Source: an uncultured Gammaproteobacteria bacterium (lineage in GTDB: Bacteria > Pseudomonadota > Gammaproteobacteria > UBA9214). Taken from it: 64,000 nucleotides of DNA. Position numbers and translations under genes: made by a program. Shown piece by piece: positions 10,700 through 19,182 of this stretch. Location: contig CAVYHX010000033.1 of assembly GCA_963768415.1 (NCBI GenBank), forward strand, positions 2,306 to 66,305, given 5' to 3'. The notes beneath the pieces were generated by a model that made no database searches, was not told where the DNA came from, and was given only the letters and a program-made list of their open reading frames with translations. How positions within the stretch are numbered: the stretch's first letter is position 1; each line of letters starts with the position of its first letter.

Positions 10700-11044
10700 G
10701 GCTCTTCCCCAAATCGAGCGGGTAGATTACCGTTGCAGGGCCGAATTCAATGGCGATGAAATGCCGCTGGTCGAATGAATTCGACCCTAGAGGTTTGATT
10801 GAATGACAATGAAATGCCACTGGTCGAATGAATTCGACCCTACAGGTTTGATTCAATGACGATGAAATGCCGACTGGTCGAATGAATTCGACCCTGCAGG
10901 TTTGATTCAGCCACTGGTCGAATGAATTCGACCCCACAGGTTTGATTGAGTAGGGCCGAATTCATTCGGCCAACAACCCTGCCATCAGAAGGCATGCGTC
11001 TCGTCTAGATAGATTAAGTTACCCACTCAATCAGGGGAAGATCC
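10700..11044 (+). mobile_element. 345-bp MITE-like element (family A) with imperfect terminal inverted repeats, 8-bp target duplication and internal tandem REP units
   Basis: Left end GGCTCTTCCCCAAATCGAGCGGGTAGATTACC. Reverse complement of the right end is GGATCTTCCCCTGATTGAGTGGGTAACTTAATC (about 23 of 30 identical). It is flanked by CCAGTAAA at 10692-10699 and 11045-11052. Inside are four GGTCGAATGAATTCGACC palindromes at about 53-bp spacing plus one GGCCGAATTCATTCGGCC. Confidence 0.7.
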
Positions 11045-11112
11045 CCAGTAAAGGTCGACGAACCAGTCCGCCCGCGACCTGCGCCCTGCCCTGTTAGCCG
11101 GTGAGCACGTGC

Positions 11113-11646
11113 TTACTCCCGGACCGAGGATTCGCCGACTATGCTCATGATCTCCTTCAGGACTCCCACAAGCTCGGTTTCATTCAGGAGTACCGACAGC
11201 CTTAACGTCGTGGTACGTTGCCGTTCGGCAAGCAGGATCGCCATCTGGTGGAGAAGTTTGTAGGCGACCAGATGATCAGCATCGATCAACTCACCAAAGG
11301 CCGCGCGCTGCACGCGCAGCACCACGGAATCGTCGGTAGCGCGAATTGTTGCGGATCGCGGCGAACCATCCAGGATCGATATCTCGCCAAAGCAGGCCTG
11401 CGGCCCGAGCTCGGCAATCTTTTTATCGCCTGTGGCTCCACGCTTGATGACCTCGACCGCACCCTTGTAAAGCACGTACCAGGCATCGCCCTTGTCATCC
11501 TCACGGAATATAATATCCCCGGACTTATACTGCTCTGTTTCGACAATATGAATGATTTCCATAATCTCCGATGGCTCGAGCTTCTCAAACATCGGGGTCT
11601 CAAGAAGGAAAGTAATCAGTCTTTCACGTGTAACTTTTGTATCCAT
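11113..11646 (-). CDS. cyclic-nucleotide-binding (CNB) domain protein, no DNA-binding domain
   Basis: Intact 177-aa ORF with the CNB signature FGEISILDGSPRSATIRA and a short C-terminal helix only. Confidence 0.85.
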   Translation of the reverse strand: MDTKVTRERLITFLLETPMFEKLEPSEIMEIIHIVETEQYKSGDIIFREDDKGDAWYVLYKGAVEVIKRGATGDKKIAELGPQACFGEISILDGSPRSATIRATDDSVVLRVQRAAFGELIDADHLVAYKLLHQMAILLAERQRTTTLRLSVLLNETELVGVLKEIMSIVGESSVRE

Positions 11647-11794
11647 AGTCTCCTCCAGACATATTCAAACAGGCTTGATCAATCCTTGCATTCGTCATGC
11701 GGCTGTATATGCAACAGCATGTTGTAATCTGATTTTCCAATGCCCGGGTGCAGGGCCGAACGCACAACGCTAGATATATTTATGTTAAGTAGCC

Positions 11795-11808
11795 TTGATA
11801 TGCATCAA
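11795..11808. promoter_or_regulatory. perfect FNR/CRP-family half-site pair TTGAT-N4-ATCAA
   Basis: ttgatatgcatcaa read directly. Intergenic, about 150 bp upstream of the CNB gene start (11646). An A/T-rich -10-like stretch lies about 25-35 bp downstream on the minus strand. Confidence 0.4.
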
Positions 11809-11932
11809 GTAATATGGAAAAGGCCGGCAACATGGCAGGATGGCATGCACGGGCACACATGGAACCGTCCTGCATCCAGGGCCCAACAACCGCTCGGGGC
11901 TGGTGCCCTGCTGCAGCACAAGCGTATCCCGG

Positions 11933-12709
11933 TTATTCGCTGATCAGGAAGGTCGCAGGCTTGTTGAGCGAGCCGTGATTGAAGTCGCCCAGCAGGATGT
12001 GACTGCTGGTGTCGCGGGCATGGATGATCCACGAGTAGTAACCGCCCTTTTGCAACAGTGCCGGCGGCACTTCGAGTTCCGGGCGGGCCAGCAGCCCTGA
12101 CGTATAAACCAGTTTGTCATCGTTCCACAGATCACGGATAAAAACCTGGTAAAGACGCGCACCGGGGACCGGCTCCCAGGAAAGTTTTGCAGGTATCCGT
12201 GCAAGCACTTCCTCGTTGGCAGGTACCTGGCCGCCCGCACGTGACAGGGTGTCGAGTATTACGTAGTCCTGCGCCACGAATACCTCGCCATTGGCCAGGG
12301 TGACGCGTGCGGAATACCAGCCATCTTCAGCCGCAGGCGGGACGTCGAGCTGCATGATGAAGGCGCGCTTGTCCGGCAGCTTGTCACGCTTGATAGTGCG
12401 GTAGCGCGCCAGGTCGAGCTCTGTCAGCAGGTCTCCGTCCGGGGTGAGTACCTCGACCGACTGTACTTCATTGTAGCGCTCCGTGGAGAACAGCGGCATG
12501 AAGAACAGCGGACGTCCGGGCCAGTTGCACACGTGGATGTCGAAAAATCCTGCTTCGTTGTAATGCCTGTCACCGGGTGTCGCGGCCTGTACGCCGGGCA
12601 GCCAGCAGCAGGCCAGCAGCAGTAGCGGCATACATGACCGGCAGGCTGACTTTTTTATCCGGGAATATTTCACAATGAGTATCGTCACTCTAGTTACTAT
12701 CTGCGTCAA
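11933..12709 (-). CDS. secreted protein of unknown function
   Basis: 258-aa ORF (TTG start in the ORF track; start uncertain). Signal-like KYSRIKKSACRSCMPLLLLACCWLPGVQA. Beta-rich body with an FN3-like stretch KLSWEPVPGARLYQVFI. I recognise no family. Confidence 0.55.
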   Translation of the reverse strand: MTQIVTRVTILIVKYSRIKKSACRSCMPLLLLACCWLPGVQAATPGDRHYNEAGFFDIHVCNWPGRPLFFMPLFSTERYNEVQSVEVLTPDGDLLTELDLARYRTIKRDKLPDKRAFIMQLDVPPAAEDGWYSARVTLANGEVFVAQDYVILDTLSRAGGQVPANEEVLARIPAKLSWEPVPGARLYQVFIRDLWNDDKLVYTSGLLARPELEVPPALLQKGGYYSWIIHARDTSSHILLGDFNHGSLNKPATFLISE

Positions 12710-13142
12710 GCAGCCGGGTGTTTGCCTCGCGCAGCCTCAGTGACAGGCTGCGCAACATGCCAATGCTGATGTCCGGATAGCTCTGGATCAGGTATTTCAG
12801 GCGCGACTTTTCCAGCGCCAGCACGGTGGAATCCTCGAGCACCTGTGCCGTTGCGGAGCGGGGCAAGTCGTCCAGCAGATTCATTTCACCGAAAGTGTCA
12901 CCGGGTCCCAGAATAGCAATATAGCGGGTGCTGGAGGAATCCTGCTCGATGGTAATGCCGACCTTGCCCGATACCAGCAGGTAAAGATAATCGCCCTGCT
13001 CGTTAATCTCGAAAACATGATCACCCCTGAAATATTCCTGCAACTCGAGTGCCTGGGCAACAACGCGCAGATCATCCGTTGTCACCATCGCGAACACCGG
13101 CGACTGTTTCAGCAACAGGAGACGGTCAAACAGGTCAGCCAT
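12690..13142 (-). CDS. cyclic-nucleotide-binding domain protein (possibly the C-terminal domain of the upstream transporter/HEAT gene)
   Basis: 150-aa ORF with CNB signature FGEMNLLDDLPRSATAQV. It overlaps the end of the HEAT-repeat frame (stop at 13109) by 34 nt. Confidence 0.8.
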   Translation of the reverse strand: MADLFDRLLLLKQSPVFAMVTTDDLRVVAQALELQEYFRGDHVFEINEQGDYLYLLVSGKVGITIEQDSSSTRYIAILGPGDTFGEMNLLDDLPRSATAQVLEDSTVLALEKSRLKYLIQSYPDISIGMLRSLSLRLREANTRLLDADSN

Positions 13143-15834
13143 GAGCCTGCTCCTGTCCCGGTGGCAGCCAATGCCTGTTGACCACAGAGGCGCAACCAGT
13201 GGTTGTTATGCTGTGCACACCATGTCAGCACGTCGTCAATACTCTTGAAGTACCTGTCATCCTGACCAGCATCTCCGCCGACCGATCGTTGCAGGGCATC
13301 ACCAAGGCTGGCGATCATATCCTGATTGTCGAGACTGCCCAGCACCTCGCAGGCACTGGCAACATAGCGCATATCACCGCTGGATGAATCCCGCGCGGAT
13401 GATGCCGATGGTATCCGTATCATAAAGGGGTTCAAGCGCCTGCAAGGCAAGTTCTATTGTCTGGTCGCGCTGTTCCTTCAGCGTATACTCCAGCAACGCG
13501 CGGGCGCTGGCGGTAGCCTCATTTGTTTCCCTTCCCAGGATACCGGCCGCCTCCTGCAGCTGCAGGGCTGCCTCTGACTTGCTGCGCACGATGTCTTCGA
13601 AGATGGTTGCTCCCAATCCGGCATCGAGCAGCGATACCAGCAGTGTCTGCTGGGCACGCAGGCTGCCGTGGCTGGCGGAGATCCACTCCAGCGCCAGTTC
13701 CTCGTAATTGGCCGCATCTGCCCTGAGCGTATCGATACCGGCTGTGCGTACCCGTATATGGCCATCGCCGATTGCCTGCAGCAGCAGTTTATCGCGCTGC
13801 TCCCTGCTCACCAGGTGCAGGCAGCCGGCGGCCGCTGCGCGCAGTTCCGGGTTGTCGCTGGTCAGCGCCTGTATGACCGCAGTTTCGATTTCGCCTGGTA
13901 CTCGCACCCTGCCAGCGATGCAGACCCTGCAGGGCGCGTACCCGGGTAGATTCACCCGGATCCGCCAGCAGGCTGGCGCAGGCATCCAGGCAGGCCGGCA
14001 CTAGCGTCTCGCGCTCCGTACCGGAGAGCTGCACAAGATTGGGTATGTTCTCCAGTGCTGCAAGGCGTGCATTATGACTTCCGGCCAACAGTGCCCGCCA
14101 GGCCGCAAGTGCCTGCGCCCGGGTATCGCCGGTTGCACCTTGCTGCAGGGATGCATGAATGGCTCCGGACTGCAGGCGCGGATTACAGCTGTCCAGCAGT
14201 GCGCTGGCCGCGGTCAGGATCTGCGTATCACCCGACTCCAGCAACAGCCCCATGACAGTTGTTTGCAGATGGGCATCGCCGGCCGCTGCAAGGCGGCGCA
14301 AGTCATCGGCCTGGCGGGTAATATCAAGCACCCCAAGCAGCTTCAGGAAGCGGTCGGTTTCGGCGTTCTCCGTGTCGCGGGTCCGTTGCAGAATGATTTT
14401 GACCGCGCGCTCGGGGTACGAGGCTGCCAGGACCTTCGCAAACGCGAGTGCGACCTCCGAATCAGGATGATTGATGCCGCGCATGATCTCGGCCAGCGTG
14501 TTGGCGCCGGCCCCCTGCAGGTCTGCATACATGTGCTTGTCAGGCAGGAACAGGCGCTCCTTCAGGGTGGCCAGCAGGGTACTGACATAGGCCTGGTTCA
14601 TACGCCGGCTGAAAAACAGGTACAGGCCAGCGGCCAGCATGCCGGGCACCAGAAAATAGCCGGGATTCTCGAGGCGTTGCATGAGTATCAGGATAACCCC
14701 GCAGACCATCAGTGCCAGTGGCAGCACCACTGCCACCGATATGGCCCGGGCCCGTCCCTGCATGTAGCCAGGCAGCACATTGAAGAACAGGCTTCTGACC
14801 GGGTTGCGAAAGGCCGGCATCAGCGCATCCTTGTTGAAACTGCCCAGCAGTGCGACCGGGAAGGCGAAGCTGACGGTTAGTGCCGCCAGGCTCGCAAACG
14901 TGGTCCAGGGGAACAGCAGGTTCAGGGAACGGATGCCGAAACGCCGGATGGCGCGGTTGGTGATGAACACCTGCATGAACAGGGCCATGGCACCGGTCAC
15001 GGCCGTCAGCAGGCCGAAGAAGCGGGTCAGGCTCTCTTCGCTGTCGAAGGTCTGGGTGTAGATGCGATTAACGCTGTAACACAGGATATAGAACGCAATC
15101 ACCATAAAGAACAGGGCAAATGACGCGGCGCGCAGCAGGCTGGAGGAAGATGTGAACTTCATGCCCTGGCTTACCTGCTCGACGCAGTCGGTGAGCAGGT
15201 TACGGGATTTCTTCGGGGCACGAAAATGGGTCGAGGTGCCATGCCGCCGGTGCCGCACCCTGAGGAGCACAAAGCCGGTGACCAGCAGCGCACACCACAG
15301 CAGCAGCAGGTTGCGGGTACCGAATACCGGTGCGGCGGCCACCAGCAGCAGTCCACCGGTGATACTCCCGACCTGGGCGCCGGCATATAACAGCGGCATC
15401 AGGCGCTTTGCCTGCAGGGTATTCATGTTCTGGTTCATGTACAGGGCGGCGTGGACCAGCAACAGCTCGGACGCAACTTCGTAGACAAGATAGTAGAACG
15501 GATAAACCAGTGTGCTGTCGGTGGCTGACATCACAAACCAGCTGGCCAGCACCAGCACGAACAGCGCGGCAAACAGGACGCGGAAAAATTTCTCGGCAGG
15601 TATGCGGTCGGCAAAGGCAACATAGACCAGGCTGACCGCGGCCAGTAACAGGCTTTGCGCCATGTACATCAGCGGCAGGTATTCAATGCCCAGGCGTTTC
15701 AGGAACAGCGCATCCGCGGTGCTGCGGCCGATGGCCATGCCGGCGCTGACCAGTAAAAAGAAGGACAGGAAATAGAGCATATTTGCTCGTTCCCCGGAAC
15801 GGATCAGCAGCAGTTTTTCTATTTTCTCAATCAT
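13109..15834 (-). pseudogene. TLC/Npt-like MFS nucleotide-transporter-like membrane domain fused to HEAT repeats; two frame breaks
   Basis: About 12 predicted TM helices; the N-terminus RSGERANMLYFLSFFLLVSAGMAIGRSTADALFLKRLGIEYLP resembles ATP/ADP-translocase-like proteins. C-terminal HEAT-like repeats (DNPELRAAAAGCLHLV..., DGHIRVRTAGIDTL...). Pieces lie in ORFs 13789-15834, 13374-13985 and 13109-3450 region (13109-13450), with the frame stepping by one each time. Confidence 0.65.
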
Positions 15835-15869
15835 GCATGGCGCGCATCAGATGTGGATTAAATGAATAG

Positions 15870-16422
15870 GGATCTTCCCCTGATTGAGTGGATAACTTAA
15901 TCAATTTTGACGAGACGAATTCCTTCAGATGGCAAGGTTGTTGGCCGAATGAATTCGGCCCTACTCAATCAAACCTGTAGGGTCGAATTCATTCGACCAG
16001 CGGTGTTTCAGCGTCATTGAATCAAACCTGCAGGGTCGAATTCATTCGACCAGCGGTATTTCACCGTCATTGAATCAAACCTGTAGGGTCGAATTCATTC
16101 GACCAGCGGTGTTTCACCGTCATTGAATCAAACCTGTAGGGTCGAATTCATTCGACCAGCGGTATTTCAGCGTCATTGCATCAAACCTGTAGGGTCGAAT
16201 TCATTCGACCAGTGGTATTTCACCGTCATTGAATCAAACCTGCAGGGTCGAATTCATTCGACCAGTGGTATTTCACCGTCATTGAATCAAACCTGCAGGG
16301 TCGAATTCATTCGACCAGCGGTATTACACCGCCATTGAATCAAACCTGCAGGGTCGAATTCATTCGACCAGCGGTGTTTCATCGTCATTGAATCAGACCT
16401 GCAGGGTCGAATTCATTCGACC
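15870..16422 (-). repeat. family A element, inverted copy: conserved ~95-bp tail plus about nine tandem 53-bp REP units
   Basis: GGATCTTCCCCTGATTGAGTGGATAACTTAATC... at 15870, then GGCCGAATGAATTCGGCC. From 15968 there are 53-bp units caaacctg(t/c)agggtcgaattcattcgaccag(c/t)ggt(g/a)tttca(g/c)cgtcattgaat. The array ends 14 bp from the frdB stop. No second terminal repeat is seen. Confidence 0.85.
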
Positions 16423-16435
16423 ACCAGACTGCGCA

Positions 16436-17228
16436 CTAGTCCGGTTTGTGCAGCACCGGCAGTGAGTCCCCGCGGCGCACGGCGATTCCCTTGATGAAAT
16501 CGGGCGCCTTGCTCAGCAGCATCTTGCGCCGCAGGTAGGCGTAGACCTCCAGCAACGGCAATTCCTTGGGGCAGACGTCGTGGCAGGCCATCAGACCGAT
16601 GCAACCGAACACGCCCTCGTCGGTCGAGACGACGTCGAACCAGTCTGAATCTTCACGCGCGTCCCGCGGATCCAGCATGAAGCGTGCGATCCGGTTCAGC
16701 CCGGCCGGACCGGCGAAGTCCGCGCGCGTGAGCGCCACACCACAACTGGCGACACAGCAGCCGCATTCGATACAGCGCTCGCTCTCGTAAATCGTCGCGG
16801 GCAAGCTCGTCGTCCATGCGCTCTTCGGGCGCAGCGGGATCGAAGGGTGTGCGTGCGTGGACCCAGGACTCGACCTGTTCGGCCATGGCGCGAAACCAGT
16901 GGCCGGTATCGACCGACAGGTCGCCGACCAGCTCGAACACCGGCAGCGGATGCAGGCGGATCGTATCCGGCAGATCCGCGGTCAGGGTGCGGCAGGCCAG
17001 CACGGGACGGCCGTTGACCATCATGCCGCAGGAGCCGCACACGGCGGAGCGGCAGGCGAAGTCGAACTGCAGGCTCGGGTCCTGCTCTTCACGGATACGG
17101 TTCAGTGCCAGATAGAGTGTCTGGTACGGTGCATCCTGCAGCTCAAAACGCTGCATGTGCGGCGCAGTGTCCGGATCCGACGGATTGAAGCGGAATATCT
17201 CGAAGGTCAGTTTGCGTGACGCACTCAT
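16436..17228 (-). pseudogene. frdB: succinate dehydrogenase/fumarate reductase iron-sulfur subunit, one frame break near 16800
   Basis: N-terminal 2Fe-2S part (CRSAVCGSCGMMVNGRPVLAC) in ORF 16653-17255. 4Fe-4S part (CIECGCCVASCG...CHDVCPK) in ORF 16436-16804. The start ATG overlaps the frdA stop (ATGA). Confidence 0.85.
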
Positions 17229-19182
17229 ACAGGCGCCCCTTCTGCCTTGCGCCATGCGCCGGGGCGCAGGTTCGAACCGAACGGTTCGACGGGATCGAGA
17301 CGGCCCGCGCGTGTTTGTGCCGCGTTGACCGTCTCGTTGTAGGCATCGATTCCCTGGGTCATGTCGACTATTGAACTCTTGCCATAGCCGCGTCCCGCCG
17401 GCGGAAGATCGAGCAGTCCGACCGGCTCGTAGCTGAAGTGCGGCTCGTCTGCACCCGGCGGCCAGTGCGCCAGGGTGCGCTTCAGCCAGTTAGCATCATC
17501 ACGCGCCGGATAATCCGTGCGGCTGTGCGCACCGCGGCTCTCCGTACGCGCCAGCGCACCGCTGGCGGTGATCAGCCCGAGCTGAAGCATGCCGCGCAGC
17601 CGCAGGGCAAAGGTCAGTTCCGGGTTCATGCCGGGCGCATGCGTGCGCAGCACGGCATTGTCGAGTGCGGCAAGCAGGTCGCGAATTTCGGCGACAGCTT
17701 CTTCAAGCTCGGCACCGTTGCGGAATATCCCGACCTTGCCCATCATGATTTCGGCAAGATCGTTACGAATCGCGTACACACTCGGTCCGTGCCGCTACGC
17801 GCCAGCCAGCGCGCGGATGCGGTCTTCCTGTTCGGCGACGCAGTGCGTAACCAGCGCCATGTCCACATCGAGGCTTTCGGCATGCGCAAATTCCGCGACC
17901 CGGGCACCCACGACGCGCCCGGCAACGATGGTCTCCGCGAGACTGTTGCCACCGAGACGGTTGAAGCCGTGCATATCCCAGCAGGCCACTTCGCCGGCGG
18001 CGAACAGGCCGTGCAGGTTGTAGGCCTGCCCGTCCTTGTTGACGCGGATTCCGCCCATGGAGTAATGCTGTGTCGGCCGCACGGGAATGAGTTCATCGGC
18101 CGGATCGATACCGAGAAAGTCACGGCAGATCTCGTAGACTTCGCGCAGCTTGGTGTGCACGTGTTCGCGACCGAGATGACGGATGTCCAGCCACAGGTGC
18201 GGCCCGAACGGGCTCGTCCACGCCACGCCCGTCGCGAATCTGCGTTCATCATGTGCCGGCTGACGACATCGCGACTGGCCAGTTCCTGTTTTTCCGGTTC
18301 CAGGTCGACCATGAAGCGCTTCAGATCGCGATCGAGCAGATAGCCGCCATCGCCACGGCAGCCCTCGGTGACCAGTATGCCGCTGGGCCACAAGCCCGGT
18401 CGGATGAAACTGCACCGCCTCCATGTTGCCCAGCGGCACGACACCGGTCGCCAGTGCGATGGCCGAACCGGTGCCCTCGTTGATGGTCGCATTGGTCGTG
18501 TACTGTGCCGTAGATGCGGCCGTGACCACCGGTTGCGATGACGGTGGCCCTGGCCAGTATCGCGCCGACACCTGCCGGTGCGCAGGCAACGCACGACCGC
18601 GCCCTGGCAGCGGCCGGCATCGTGGATCAGGGACAGCGCCTCGATGCGGTCTTGTACCGTGATGCCGAGCCGCACGACTTCGCCGTCGATGGCATACAGC
18701 GCGGCGTGACCGGTGCCGGCCGCGGCATAACAGGTGCGCCACTTGGCCGTGCCACCGAAGTCGCGGTGCATCAACAGGCCGGCGTTTTCCTCTGGCTCGT
18801 CGAGTTCGACCTTCTTGCCCTTGATGTGGTAGTTGCTCTTGCCGGCGCGCACGCGTGTCCAGGGCACGCCGAAATGCGCCAGTTCACGCACGGCAACCGG
18901 TGCTTCATCGACAAAGATCCGCACGACTTCCTGATCGGCGCCCCAGTCCGAGCCACGCACCGTGTCGAGGAAGTGCACATTCGGGCTGTCGCCTTCGCCC
19001 ATGACGCAATTGGCCAGCGCGGCCTGCATGCCGCCTTGTGCGGCACAACTGTGACTGCGCCGCGGCGGAATCAGCGAGACGATGATGACATCGTGCCCGG
19101 CACTGGCCGCTTCGATGGCGCAGCGTTCACCGGCCAGACCGCCGCCGATGACCAGTACATCGGTTTTCAGTAACGGTTCCAT
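17225..19182 (-). pseudogene. frdA: succinate dehydrogenase/fumarate reductase flavoprotein subunit; five frame breaks plus an in-frame TAG
   Basis: DVLVIGGGLAGERCA, SHSCAAQGGMQAAL, VIATGGHGRIY, MEAVQFHPTGL, TEGCRGDGGYLL, HYSMGGIRVN and [12 protein letters not shown] are spread over three frames in the order 0,2,1,0,2,1. An in-frame TAG sits at 17795-17797. Confidence 0.85.

Noticed and set aside
10311-10937. ORFs translated through the repeat arrays: 10311-10937 (minus, 208 aa), 16123-16338 (plus, 71 aa) and 41615-42130 (minus, 171 aa).
   Set aside because: Their sequences are just reiterated translations of the REP unit (CRVEFIRP, VGSNSFDQ), and 10311-10937 overlaps the genuine MBL gene out of frame.
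6881-13142. A Pycsar-like (cyclase plus cNMP-binding effector) anti-phage system.
   Set aside because: The stand-alone cyclase is operonic with a heme/HAMP sensor and an MBL-GAF protein rather than with an effector. The cNMP-binding proteins have no TIR or pore-forming TM effector domain. They are separated from the cyclase by another operon and a mobile element. The architecture fits housekeeping-type signalling better than abortive infection.
15968-16422. A regularly spaced palindromic repeat array that looks like a CRISPR array at first glance. A shorter version lies at 10769-10933.
   Set aside because: The segments between the palindromes are themselves near-identical from unit to unit, so there are no unique spacers. 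The period is 53 bp, no cas genes are nearby, and the palindrome is the same REP that flanks the RAYT remnant. It is a tandem REP array.
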